A stretch of DNA of 64,000 bases, taken from Mycobacterium phage prophiT36-1. A program made the position numbers and the translations under genes. How positions within the stretch are numbered: the stretch's first letter is position 1; each line of letters begins with the position of its first letter. This document shows, one piece after another, positions 7,733-16,844 of this stretch. The stretch is taken from sequence record OQ417966.1; one strand, written 5' to 3'. The notes below the pieces were generated by a model. It did no database searches. It saw nothing but the letters and a program-made list of their open reading frames with translations, and was not told the origin of the DNA.

Positions 7733-8799
7733 GCATCACCGTAGCAACGAAGAAACTGATCGAAGTCCTGACCGACGCGCTCGCCGTGAGCAATGGGACA
7801 GGTGGAGGGGTTCACCTCACCACTACCCGCGGGCCGTGGCGCGAGGAACCCGGGGACGTGGATCTACTGGTTGCGACATCGACTACCAAGAACGTCCTTG
7901 GGCATACCTGGATTCCGGTCGACGGCCGGATCGACCCGATGGTGTGGCCCTGCCAGTCGGTGAAAGACGTGTTGACGCTGTGCAAGTCGTGGCTGAAGGG
8001 CGACGAACACACCGTCGATATCGATCTGGAATTGGCCGACCCGCCCGAGAACAAGAAGGACGACGGGCACCCCGGGTGGACTATCAAGCTGACCGAGACT
8101 CCAGCACTGTTCGACTCGGACAACACCATTAAGTTCCACGCGCACCACGGTTCTCGGTTCCCCCTCGAACTGGTCGGTCGGATTCGGACAGGCCGGTTCC
8201 CGGTGAGAGACGACTACGAGGAGGTGCCGCTGACATTGTGGTCGGCTGCGGTGTTGTCGCCGCTGGTGAAGGTCGCTAAACGCCGGAACATGCAGATCCA
8301 AATGTTCCGCTCGCCGGAACGACGGCTACAGCTCGTGCAGATCGGCGACACCTGGATCGGTGCGGCCACCCCCGGCGTACCCCTGCCGGGAGACCCGACC
8401 GACGAGCCGAGCATCGAACCGGTACTGGGCGCAGAAGACGACCTCGTTGCCGCGTTGAAGGAGATGGAGCGCAGCGGCATCTCCGTCTCAGTCGAGAACC
8501 CGCAAGGCGTGCTTGGCGAGGTCGTGGCTGACGCGGCCGACAAGTTGGCCGGCGGTGCCGGCTCGCGGGAGCTGTTGCGGCAGGCCGTGGAGCTGATAAC
8601 CAGCACACAATTCGTGTCGGCCGCCAACCTGCAGCGCAGGCTCAACGTCGGATTCGCAAAGGCTGAATGGATTCTCGCCGAGCTGACCGCGGCAGGAATC
8701 GTGACAGCGGCCGAGGGTACCAGCGCACGTAAGGCACTGTTCGGGCCCGCTCAGGTGGCCGAGGCGCTCCAAGCGCTCGAGAACGTGAGCGAGCAGTGA
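7729..8799 (+). CDS. hypothetical protein with C-terminal FtsK-gamma-like winged-helix domain
   Basis: C-terminus ELITSTQFVSAANLQRRLNVGFAKAEWILAELTAAGIV matches the FtsK gamma domain signature (S.LQRRL.IGY.RAARL...E..GIV); no P-loop in the N-terminal part. Confidence 0.6.
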   Translation: MSITVATKKLIEVLTDALAVSNGTGGGVHLTTTRGPWREEPGDVDLLVATSTTKNVLGHTWIPVDGRIDPMVWPCQSVKDVLTLCKSWLKGDEHTVDIDLELADPPENKKDDGHPGWTIKLTETPALFDSDNTIKFHAHHGSRFPLELVGRIRTGRFPVRDDYEEVPLTLWSAAVLSPLVKVAKRRNMQIQMFRSPERRLQLVQIGDTWIGAATPGVPLPGDPTDEPSIEPVLGAEDDLVAALKEMERSGISVSVENPQGVLGEVVADAADKLAGGAGSRELLRQAVELITSTQFVSAANLQRRLNVGFAKAEWILAELTAAGIVTAAEGTSARKALFGPAQVAEALQALENVSEQ

Positions 8800-9227
8800 C
8801 CACGCCGACGCTGCCAGACACCTCCGAGGCGGTGTTCTTCGTTCCGGGCAAGCCCGCCCCACAGGGCAGCAAGAAACATGTCGGCCGTGGGGTCCTCGTC
8901 GAAGTGTCGAAAGGGGTTGGGCCGTGGCGTGAACGGGTGGCGCTGGTCGCTCACGGGGCGATGGCGGGCAGGCCGATGTTCGACGGGCCGGTGTCGGTCA
9001 CGCTGCAATTCGTCCTGCCACGGCCGAAATCCACGCCGAAGACCCGGACACCGGCGGCGACCAAGCGGCCCGACTTGGACAAGCTGGAACGCGCGATCCT
9101 CGACGCCCTCACCGATGTGTGTTTCTCCGACGACTCGCAGGTGGTGAGCCTGTCCGGGTACAAGCGGATCGCCGAGTTGGGGGAGACGGCCGGGGTCGAG
9201 GTCCGCGTAGAGGGCTTCGGATCATGA
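8796..9227 (+). CDS. rusA: RusA-family Holliday junction resolvase
   Basis: GKPAPQGSKK...RPDLDKLERAILDALTDVCFSDDSQVV, typical RusA motifs. Confidence 0.85.
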   Translation: MTTPTLPDTSEAVFFVPGKPAPQGSKKHVGRGVLVEVSKGVGPWRERVALVAHGAMAGRPMFDGPVSVTLQFVLPRPKSTPKTRTPAATKRPDLDKLERAILDALTDVCFSDDSQVVSLSGYKRIAELGETAGVEVRVEGFGS

Positions 9228-9466
9228 GCCTGAGGTGGCGCGGGCACAGCGAGATCCTCGGCGCACTGTTCGCGGTCGGGTTGCGCGGCACGTACGTGGT
9301 TCAGAGCGTCGGCCGCGAATGGATCCTGCAGGGTGTCGGGCACGACGGCCTGCCCATGCTGGCATTGCCCGCGGAGGGGAAGGCGTTCGCCGCGTTGCAT
9401 ACCGCGCAGCTGTACGCAATCGAGCTCGATGGCGCGCACGCTGAAGCCCAGGCATCGGGGGTGTGA
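9224..9466 (+). CDS. hypothetical protein
   Basis: ATGA overlap. Confidence 0.4.
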   Translation: MSLRWRGHSEILGALFAVGLRGTYVVQSVGREWILQGVGHDGLPMLALPAEGKAFAALHTAQLYAIELDGAHAEAQASGV

Positions 9467-9798
9467 CAGTGGCGCAACTCGGAGACACCCTCAACGCGAT
9501 CGACCGCGGCGCAGTGCTGGGCATCCTCGGCGCAGCCGACACCGTGCTGGCCACCAAGCAGCTCGCCGAACGGCAGAGCAAGGCACTCATCACGATCCGG
9601 GAACTACACAGGCCGATCAATTTGGTCACCTGCGCGGAGTGCGGCGACACCACCGATGGCTGCGTATGCGACGAGGAGACGGTGTCCACCATCTCTCGGG
9701 CGGTTTGTGAGGAGTGCGGCCAGGACGAAGACGGGGAGTGGACCGAGCACCCGTGCGCGACAGTCCGCGCGATCGACGAGGCAGGTGCGCGATGCTGA
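9463..9798 (+). CDS. Cys-rich small protein (putative zinc-binding)
   Basis: CAECGDTTDGCVCDE...CEECGQDEDGEW...C pattern; GTG start overlapping upstream stop. Confidence 0.45.
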   Translation: MTVAQLGDTLNAIDRGAVLGILGAADTVLATKQLAERQSKALITIRELHRPINLVTCAECGDTTDGCVCDEETVSTISRAVCEECGQDEDGEWTEHPCATVRAIDEAGARC

Positions 9799-10313
9799 CC
9801 GATGACCAGCGCTGGCTGCTGCGGATGGTCGGCGGGTGGACAATGCGTGACTGCCTCATCGGTCCTGCAGGTGTCACCCGTTTGATGCAGTCCTGCTACG
9901 GCGGCACGCGACTGCCTGTCGACGGATACCCCGCTCACATCAAGGGATTTGAGTGCGGACACGGCAAGATCGTGTCGAGGGGCATCCCCGTCGTCACCGT
10001 GACTACTGCACAGCTGAACAAGTACGCGCGCTCCCTGCCGGCCGAGCTTGTCGCCGAGATGCGCGAGTGCGCCACCGCCGCGCAGCGCAACAACCTACTT
10101 CGCCACCAGTTCTGCCACTGCGGGAGTGAACCGTGCGGGTACGCGTACATGGGTGATCGCTTTTGCCCGCCGACTGAGCAGCAGGAAGCCGACGCCAAGG
10201 CCGAGTTCTGGCGCTGTGAGGACTGGACAGAAGACTTGCTCGACCGTGCGCTCGGGTTCACCACCGAGGAGGAGCTGGTCGGGCAGCTGGAGCTGTTCGG
10301 AGTCGGTGCATGA
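9792..10313 (+). CDS. Cys/His-rich hypothetical protein
   Basis: FECGHGK...FCHCGSEPCGYAYMGDRFC; coupled start. Confidence 0.45.
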   Translation: MLTDDQRWLLRMVGGWTMRDCLIGPAGVTRLMQSCYGGTRLPVDGYPAHIKGFECGHGKIVSRGIPVVTVTTAQLNKYARSLPAELVAEMRECATAAQRNNLLRHQFCHCGSEPCGYAYMGDRFCPPTEQQEADAKAEFWRCEDWTEDLLDRALGFTTEEELVGQLELFGVGA

Positions 10314-10441
10314 CAGACAACCCGATCTGCATCTGCGGTGACCACTTCTCGCAGCACGTCGGCGACATCAACCCCAAGTCGGTGCTGTCCGACTGCCCCG
10401 GATTCGAGGCCGACCCGAAAGCGAACGGAGACAACCAATGA
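10310..10441 (+). CDS. very small Cys/His-containing protein (43 aa)
   Basis: ATG overlapping the upstream stop; its stop overlaps the next ATG (ATGA); sequence MTDNPICICGDHFSQH...DCPGF. Confidence 0.3.
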   Translation: MTDNPICICGDHFSQHVGDINPKSVLSDCPGFEADPKANGDNQ

Positions 10442-11049
10442 CGATCTACTGCTACGACACCGAGTTCTTGGAAGACGGCAAGACGATTGAGCTGATATCG
10501 ATCGGCATCGTCTGCGAGGACGGCCGCGAGTACTACGCGGTGAACCACGACATGCCGCACGACAGGATCAGCAGGAACGACTGGCTGTGTCAGAACGTGG
10601 TCCCGCACCTGCCGCTACGCAGCTCCGGGCTCAAAGGAAAGAGCCCGCGCAGGTCCGGTGGGGGATCATGGCTCTGGTCGCTTGACGACCACTCGACTCT
10701 GGTGAAACCGAAGTGGGTGATTGCCAACGAGGTTCGTGAGTTTCTGCTGCAGGGTGTTGACCTGGAAACACCCGGGGTGCTGCCTGAGCGACCGGAGCTG
10801 TGGGCGTACTACACCGCCTACGACCATGTGGCCCTCACTCAGCTTTGGGGTCGAATGATCAACCTGCCCAAGGGCATCCCGATGTACACCCGCGATCTCA
10901 AGCAGGAAATGGACCGACTCCGCATCGGCAGCGACGCTGTGTCAAAGCCAGAGAACGAGCACGACGCTCTGGCTGATGCACGTTGGAACATGGCAATGCT
11001 GCATAAGCTGCGCGCGGTGGCGGCCGGGGCCGCGGAGGTGCCTTTCTGA
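10438..11049 (+). CDS. DnaQ-like (DEDDh) 3'-5' exonuclease
   Basis: N-terminal YDTEF (Exo I) and C-terminal HDALADA (Exo III with His) motifs. Confidence 0.7.
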   Translation: MTIYCYDTEFLEDGKTIELISIGIVCEDGREYYAVNHDMPHDRISRNDWLCQNVVPHLPLRSSGLKGKSPRRSGGGSWLWSLDDHSTLVKPKWVIANEVREFLLQGVDLETPGVLPERPELWAYYTAYDHVALTQLWGRMINLPKGIPMYTRDLKQEMDRLRIGSDAVSKPENEHDALADARWNMAMLHKLRAVAAGAAEVPF

Positions 11050-12026
11050 TGGGTGATAAGACCGGCATCGAATGGACCGACGCCACATGGAATCCGGTAA
11101 CCGGTTGCGACAAGGTGTCTCCCGGCTGCGATCACTGTTACGCCGAGACATTCGCAGAGCGTTGGCGCGGCACGCGGGGGCACTATTTCGAGACCGGATT
11201 CGATGTGCAGCCGCGGCCCGACAAGCTCGCCTTGCCGCTGCGCTGGACCAAGCCGCGCAAGGTGTTCGTCAATTCGATGTCAGATCTATTCCACGACAGG
11301 GTGCCTGATGAGTACATCGCCCGCGTGTTCGCAGTGATGGCGCTGGCAGAGCAGCACACATTCCAGCTGCTCACCAAACGCCACGGCCGGATGAAATCGC
11401 TACTCCGATGCAGACCGTTTCAACAGCAGGTATGGGAGGCATGGAGCACGTTGGACACACCCAAGGGGTGCCCAACTTTGGAGTATGCGGAGTACCCCGA
11501 CTGGCCACTGCCCAATGTCTGGCTGGGCGTGAGCGCTGAGGATCAGAAACGCGCCGACCTCCGCATCCCCGCGCTGCTCGACACCCCGGCCGCAGTGCGG
11601 TTCGTCAGTGCCGAGCCGCTTCTCGGGCCGATCGACCTACATGCCGACCCGATCGGGAAAGACTCGGTGTTCTGGATCGGGCACCTCGACTGGGTGATCG
11701 TCGGCGGCGAATCCGGTCCGAGCGCAAGGCCGATGCATCCCGATTGGGCCCGCTCGCTACGCGATCAGTGCATCGGGGCCGGGGTGCCGTTCCTGTTCAA
11801 ACAGTGGGGCGATTGGGTGCCGGAACGCCTGGGGCTTCACGGGTGCAACGCACCTGCGGCGTTCCTGTCAACCGGCGGTCAGGTGCGACTGCTGGTTGAC
11901 GGCAAGCCCGCGCACGCACCGTTTGCGCCGGCCGGTGACATGACCATCCGCCGCGTCGGCAAGAAGCGCGCCGGGCGGGAGCTGGACGGGCGCACCTGGG
12001 ACCAATACCCCGAGGTGGTGGCGTAA
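11049..12026 (+). CDS. Phage Gp37/Gp68 family protein (DUF5131)
   Basis: N-terminal GIEWTDATWNPVTGC...SPGCDHCYAE signature of the Gp37Gp68 family. Confidence 0.8.
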   Translation: MGDKTGIEWTDATWNPVTGCDKVSPGCDHCYAETFAERWRGTRGHYFETGFDVQPRPDKLALPLRWTKPRKVFVNSMSDLFHDRVPDEYIARVFAVMALAEQHTFQLLTKRHGRMKSLLRCRPFQQQVWEAWSTLDTPKGCPTLEYAEYPDWPLPNVWLGVSAEDQKRADLRIPALLDTPAAVRFVSAEPLLGPIDLHADPIGKDSVFWIGHLDWVIVGGESGPSARPMHPDWARSLRDQCIGAGVPFLFKQWGDWVPERLGLHGCNAPAAFLSTGGQVRLLVDGKPAHAPFAPAGDMTIRRVGKKRAGRELDGRTWDQYPEVVA

Positions 12027-12286
12027 TGCCCGATCCTCTCTTTACGGCGGCGCAGCTGCTCGAGTCCCACGGCTACGCGGTCGTGGAGTTGCCGAAGCCG
12101 GTTGGGGTCAACGGCACTGACAACACGGTGTGGCTGAGTGACCCGTACATCGAGCAGGAATTCAACGGTGACATAACCGTTTCCGACAGGCTGGGTCTCG
12201 ACGTCGACCAGCTGGAGGATGTCGCCGGCGCGCTGCTCGCCGCTGCCCGGCGGCATCAGGAGGAGGTGCGGCGATGGGGTGGGTGA
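12026..12286 (+). CDS. hypothetical protein
   Basis: Coupled ORF in array. Confidence 0.4.
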   Translation: MPDPLFTAAQLLESHGYAVVELPKPVGVNGTDNTVWLSDPYIEQEFNGDITVSDRLGLDVDQLEDVAGALLAAARRHQEEVRRWGG

Positions 12287-12540
12287 AGATCCCATGCGCT
12301 GAGCGCGACCAGGTCAAGGCTGACCACGACCTAGTGCCGTTCGCGAGTTGTACCGACCTCGGCGCCCAGTTTCACAGCGAGCCAGAGATGTTCATTGAGT
12401 GGGGCGACCGCGGAACCGACACCTCCGTGCTGCGTGACTTCCGATACCCGGAACTCCCGAGCGAGGACCCTGCCGTTGTCCGGCCGGACCGAAAACCCTG
12501 CGAACACTATCGATTTGAGGAGGATGGATGCCCCGACTGA
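12274..12540 (+). CDS. hypothetical protein
   Basis: ORF in array. Confidence 0.35.
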   Translation: MGWVKIPCAERDQVKADHDLVPFASCTDLGAQFHSEPEMFIEWGDRGTDTSVLRDFRYPELPSEDPAVVRPDRKPCEHYRFEEDGCPD

Positions 12541-12875
12541 TGTCTGTCTCGTTAACCGAAGCCGCTGTGGTTGCGCGCACGAAAACCGTTACCCGCCGGA
12601 TGGGTTGGCTCAACCTGAAGCCGGGGGATCGACTGACTCTGTGTCGGAAGGTGATGGGCCGCAAGAAGGACGAACCATTGGTGCGCCTTGTCGACGTCGA
12701 AGTGGTATCCGTCTACCGGCAGCAGTTGAACGCCATTACCCGGGAAGATGTTGCCCGCGAGGGGTTCCCCGGCTGGACGTCCGGGCGATTCGTCAAGTTC
12801 TTCTGCGACTCGCACAAGGGGTGCGAGCCGTGGAGCGCGGTCACTCGCATTGAGTGGAGGTACTTGGATGCCTGA
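12528..12875 (+). CDS. hypothetical protein (possible ASCH-like fold; start uncertain)
   Basis: KTVTRR...LKPGDRL...VVSV pattern is faintly ASCH-like; weak. Confidence 0.35.
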   Translation: MPRLMSVSLTEAAVVARTKTVTRRMGWLNLKPGDRLTLCRKVMGRKKDEPLVRLVDVEVVSVYRQQLNAITREDVAREGFPGWTSGRFVKFFCDSHKGCEPWSAVTRIEWRYLDA

Positions 12876-13257
12876 AATCACCGAGCGCATCGAGGGAATC
12901 ATGCGCGAGCACCAATTTTCGCGATGGCGATCGTTCAGCAACGGCAACGAGATCCTTCGTTGCGCGAAGTGCAAGACAGATTTCGGGAAGCTGGCAGGGA
13001 CGCCCCGACCCAGTGACCCCGACCCGTACACGCTGTGGTCCAACCACATCGCCCCGTTTGTCGCGAACGCGGTTGTCGAAACCCTTGGCTTAAAACCGGA
13101 GTACGCCGCGTGCATCGAGATCGACGGCGAAGTGCTCTTGCTCGGGAACGACCGATGGCTGAGTCACGGCATGGCCGCCTCCGACATGTGGCACCAGGCT
13201 CCGGGCAGCTTCGTCGGTACCGCGCTTGTCTCGCAGTGGGAACGTTCCAATGCCTGA
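12868..13257 (+). CDS. hypothetical protein with N-terminal C-x2-C
   Basis: ORF in array; LRCAKCKTDF. Confidence 0.4.
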   Translation: MPEITERIEGIMREHQFSRWRSFSNGNEILRCAKCKTDFGKLAGTPRPSDPDPYTLWSNHIAPFVANAVVETLGLKPEYAACIEIDGEVLLLGNDRWLSHGMAASDMWHQAPGSFVGTALVSQWERSNA

Positions 13258-13436
13258 GCTCGCCATATGGCAGCCGTAGCGGGGAAGTGGCGTGATGGGT
13301 GAGCTGCCGCGGGTGTTGTTCACGTATGCCGAATGCCGCGCTCTGGGCCGCTGCACGTACTGCGGTTGGCACCCACCTACGCAGGGCCACCACCCGAATT
13401 GCCCACGCCCACAGAAACGGAAGGGACGCCGCACCA

Positions 13437-14396
13437 ATGGGTGACACCGCCGACCTGCTCGCACTGCTCCAGCGGCATTACATCAAGCCCGGCGCACCGC
13501 TGCCCGGCGGAGTGTTCCTGCCCGAGGTCGGATGGAACCCGGCCGGCGGAGCGTCGGGCCGGGACGGCGGCTGCGACGCCATCTACGTCGGATTCACCAG
13601 CAGCAGCGGCCGGATACTTGTCGGCCACGAACTCAAGGTGTCCCGCGCCGACTGGCTCAACGAACTCAACAAGCCCGGCAAGGCCGACCCATGGTGCGAC
13701 CAATGCCACCAATGGTGGCTCGTCGTCAACGACCCCAACATCGTCCACGACGGCGAGCTACCGCCCGGGTGGGGACTCATGTCGCCCGGAAAATCCAAGA
13801 CCCGCATGCAAATCGTCGTCAAAGCCGATATCCGGCGCGACCACCAACCGTCCTGGCTGGCTGTCCGTTCGATCATGGCCCGCCAGGACACCCTGCGCGC
13901 CCAAGCCATCAACCGGGCCCGCGACGATGCCCACCGCGCAGCCTCCACAGAAGTGAACGAGCGCGTCGAACAGCGCATCAAGCACGAACTTGCCAGGGCG
14001 GCCGATAACGGGCATCTCGCAGAAGTGACACGTACACGGTTCCGCGCACTGGAGAAGGCTCTCGGCCACCAAATCGACTGGGACGACGGGTCGCCCGCGT
14101 ACTTCAACGTTGTCAAGCTCGGCGAGATCGAACAGATCCGTGAGGTGCTCGCCCAGACCCGATCGGTCAAGGCCGCGGTGCGCCGGCTGTCGGGTGCGGC
14201 GACCGGGTACCGGATCGACGACCTGCAGCGCGCTCTCGACAACATGCGCGAAGCGCTCACCGGACTCGACGCCAGCCCGCCCGCCGCACCGCCGCCTGCG
14301 GAATCACGACGGAATATCTCGCCACCGAAACGGCCAGTCTCCACATGCAAGCCGGTTCTATCGGCGCCAGATCTGTTCAGCGAGCTCGGCTTATGA
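13437..14396 (+). CDS. PD-(D/E)XK nuclease superfamily protein (MmcB-like)
   Basis: GGCDAIYVGF...GHELKVSRADWLNE matches the D...(E)xK catalytic pattern; purine-rich stretch aaacggaaggga upstream of ATG 13437. Confidence 0.5.
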   Translation: MGDTADLLALLQRHYIKPGAPLPGGVFLPEVGWNPAGGASGRDGGCDAIYVGFTSSSGRILVGHELKVSRADWLNELNKPGKADPWCDQCHQWWLVVNDPNIVHDGELPPGWGLMSPGKSKTRMQIVVKADIRRDHQPSWLAVRSIMARQDTLRAQAINRARDDAHRAASTEVNERVEQRIKHELARAADNGHLAEVTRTRFRALEKALGHQIDWDDGSPAYFNVVKLGEIEQIREVLAQTRSVKAAVRRLSGAATGYRIDDLQRALDNMREALTGLDASPPAAPPPAESRRNISPPKRPVSTCKPVLSAPDLFSELGL

Positions 14397-14569
14397 CCGA
14401 CGTATGTGGTTGGTGGGTCGCGGGGGCGCCATGTGACTGCGCACTCGACGAAGGCCACGACGGCGACCACATGTGCTCATGCGGCCAAACCTTCGGCAGC
14501 CGAACACGCCTCCGGATTCTGCCGCCTGGCGTGGTGCCCCTTCCCGACGATCTGAAAGGCCACCGCTGA
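14393..14569 (+). CDS. small Cys/His-rich protein
   Basis: ATGA overlap; CDCALDEGHDGDHMCSCGQTFG. Confidence 0.4.
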   Translation: MTDVCGWWVAGAPCDCALDEGHDGDHMCSCGQTFGSRTRLRILPPGVVPLPDDLKGHR

Positions 14570-14862
14570 TGCGTCAACTCAACTGGCAGGCCCGCGCAGT
14601 GTGCCGGGACGAAGACCCCGAGCTGTTCTTCCCTGACCCGTCCGACACCGTGACCGCGCGGCAAGCGCAGGCGGTGTGCGCGAAATGTCCTGTAAGGCCG
14701 CAGTGCCGGGTCGCCGCCAGCGCGAGACGCGAACCGTACGGGATCTGGGGCGGCGTCAACCGCGAGCTGGACGCGGACAGACGACGCGCCGCCTTTTCAC
14801 CCCCGACGAATGAAATCAGCACACCGCCCACCACCCCATCGATCGCAGAGGCAGCACAGTGA
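14569..14862 (+). CDS. whiB: WhiB-family Fe-S transcription factor
   Basis: Four conserved Cys (AVC...AVCAKCPVRPQC) and the GIWGG turn. Confidence 0.85.
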   Translation: MRQLNWQARAVCRDEDPELFFPDPSDTVTARQAQAVCAKCPVRPQCRVAASARREPYGIWGGVNRELDADRRRAAFSPPTNEISTPPTTPSIAEAAQ

Positions 14863-15992
14863 CGACCCGCGAGTACGCCAAAAACCTGTTCGCCCAATGG
14901 TCCGACGACGACTTCTGCAACCAACCGATCTTCGACAAGCTGTTCTTCCAGGTCCTCAACGGGCAGCGCGCCGTCAATGCCGCCGGCATCCAGCCGATCA
15001 ACTTCACCCGCTGGCGCAAGGCCATGCGCGACGGCGACCACCTGCCCGCCGTGGGCGACCTGCAGGCCGCGCTGGTGCGCATGGAGCGCCGAGGCTTCGT
15101 GTTCACCGACGAGGACACGGGGGAGGTGCTGGTGCGGTCCCGGATCCGCCGCGACGAACTCGACAAGCAGCCCACCATGTTCCTGGCCGCGCTGCGCCTC
15201 CTGGCCGTCATCGACTCGCCCAAGTTCGCCGCCGTGCTCGCCGACGAGCTCGACCGTATGGACGTCCCGGAAGTGAAGGGGGACAAGGACTACGCCAAGC
15301 GTCTGCGCGACTCCCTCAACGACACCCACCGGGCGGCCCGCGCACACCTCAAGACCCTGGCCGACGGATACCCGCAGCCGTTCCCAGAACCGTTCGACGG
15401 ACTCACCGAGGGACCCTCCCAGGGACCCACCCCTAGACCCTCTACGGGACCCACCCAAGGACTCACCTCGGGAGGGTCTACGGGACCCACCCCGCGACCT
15501 GGGGAAACAGGACCCACCCCGGGACCCTCCCCGAGACCCACCCAGGGACCCTCGGGTTCTGGTTCAGGTTCAGGTTCTCTCACCTTGGTAACTACTCAAG
15601 TGGGGGGTACGCGTGCGCGCGCACACGAAACCGCCGAACCCACACCAGCACCAGACGAACCCCCCACACGATGCAAAGCCCACCGCGACTACCCCGACGC
15701 CATCGAGGACAACTGCGGCCCCTGCGCCAACTTCCGCAAGGCACACGAACGCTGGACCGAACACCAAACACGCGCCCAAGCCCAAGCCAGGGCCGACGCC
15801 CTCCACCAAGCCGCCCAACTCCGCGCCCACGCCATCGCCGCCTGCGACCTCTGCGACCCAGACGGCTACCTCCCCGGCACCAGCACCGTCTGCAACCACA
15901 ACCCCACCCAAGCCGAAACCAACGCCCGCGGACGCCAACTTGTCCACGCCGCACTCCGCAGCCGAACCCAGCAGGAGACCGACGATGCGTAA
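14859..15992 (+). CDS. hypothetical protein with central Pro/Thr/Gly-rich tandem repeat and C-terminal Cys motif
   Basis: GTGA overlap; repeat GPTPRPSTGPTQG...; C-terminal AACDLCDPDGYLPG. Confidence 0.5.
   Translation: MTTREYAKNLFAQWSDDDFCNQPIFDKLFFQVLNGQRAVNAAGIQPINFTRWRKAMRDGDHLPAVGDLQAALVRMERRGFVFTDEDTGEVLVRSRIRRDELDKQPTMFLAALRLLAVIDSPKFAAVLADELDRMDVPEVKGDKDYAKRLRDSLNDTHRAARAHLKTLADGYPQPFPEPFDGLTEGPSQGPTPRPSTGPTQGLTSGGSTGPTPRPGETGPTPGPSPRPTQGPSGSGSGSGSLTLVTTQVGGTRARAHETAEPTPAPDEPPTRCKAHRDYPDAIEDNCGPCANFRKAHERWTEHQTRAQAQARADALHQAAQLRAHAIAACDLCDPDGYLPGTSTVCNHNPTQAETNARGRQLVHAALRSRTQQETDDA
15420..15590 (+). repeat. Imperfect tandem nucleotide repeats (GGGACCCACCCC-type units) encoding the P/T/G-rich linker
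   Basis: Repeated gggacccacccc / gacccacccagggaccc units read directly. Confidence 0.6.
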
Positions 15993-16269
15993 CCCCTACG
16001 ACCCCTGGGCCGACGAACGCGCACAAGCCCAACCCGACCTCACCGACATCGCCCAAGCCGAAGCCATAAGCGCCTGCCAGCTCTGCGACACCCACGGCCA
16101 CCGAGATGGACTCCCATGCCGCCACATCGACCACGCCGCAGCCGCCAAACGAGGACTCGCCACCATCCGCGCCCAAATGGGCTGGAACACCCCCACAGGC
16201 ACAACCACCCCACAAACCAGCCAAAAACCGCCCCACGACGCCACCAGCAGCCAAAAAACACGCCTGTAA
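15985..16269 (+). CDS. hypothetical protein, paralogous Cys motif to the upstream gene, P/T-rich tail
   Basis: ISACQLCDTHGHRDGLPCRHIDH resembles the upstream gene's CDLCDPDGY motif; ATG overlaps the upstream stop. Confidence 0.4.
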   Translation: MRNPYDPWADERAQAQPDLTDIAQAEAISACQLCDTHGHRDGLPCRHIDHAAAAKRGLATIRAQMGWNTPTGTTTPQTSQKPPHDATSSQKTRL

Positions 16270-16355
16270 CTCACCCCCACCACCCCAAAACCCCGAACCA
16301 TCAACCATCCAGCCCAAACCCCAGCCAGCACCCCCAACAAAGAAAATCCACCACC

Positions 16356-16844
16356 ATGCCGCCAGTCATGAACCGCCAAGGCTCAAACCAACGCGCCGAA
16401 AAAGCCTGGCAGCTCCACATCGCCGGACGCACATGGCGCGAAGTCGCCGAGGTCACGGGCTTCAAATCGCCCCAATCGGCCCAGAAAGCCGCCATGGCGT
16501 GGCTCAAGAAGAACCCGCCGTCCACCCTCGAAATCGCGCGCCGCGCGAACGGTGACGGCATCCGCCAGGTTCGCGGAATGCTGATGGAGACCATGGCGAA
16601 AGCCAAGGCCAAGGGGGAGCACCGCACCGTTTCTGAGCTGGGCCGCGCCGTGCTCGACAGCTACGAGAAGGAGGCGAAGCTGTGGGGTCTGTTCGTCGTT
16701 GTGCCTGAGGAGGTCAACGTGAACGTCACGACCGCCGTGGCGGTGCTGGAGCGAGCGGAGGCCGAGCTACTGGCACTGGCTGCGTCGGGCCGGTCGGCTA
16801 TCTCGGCCCAGCCCGTCATCGACGCCGAGGTGGTCGAGCCGTGA
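16356..16844 (+). CDS. putative HTH DNA-binding protein
   Basis: WREVAEVTGFKSPQSAQKAAMAWLKK HTH-like segment. Confidence 0.45.
   Translation: MPPVMNRQGSNQRAEKAWQLHIAGRTWREVAEVTGFKSPQSAQKAAMAWLKKNPPSTLEIARRANGDGIRQVRGMLMETMAKAKAKGEHRTVSELGRAVLDSYEKEAKLWGLFVVVPEEVNVNVTTAVAVLERAEAELLALAASGRSAISAQPVIDAEVVEP

Noticed and set aside
13583-16379. Minus-strand ORFs 13583-14470, 14574-15458, 15592-16317 and 15996-16379
   Set aside because: Antisense to the nuclease, WhiB and P/T-rich genes. The translations are Gly/Arg/Trp-rich junk with no coupling or RBS context.
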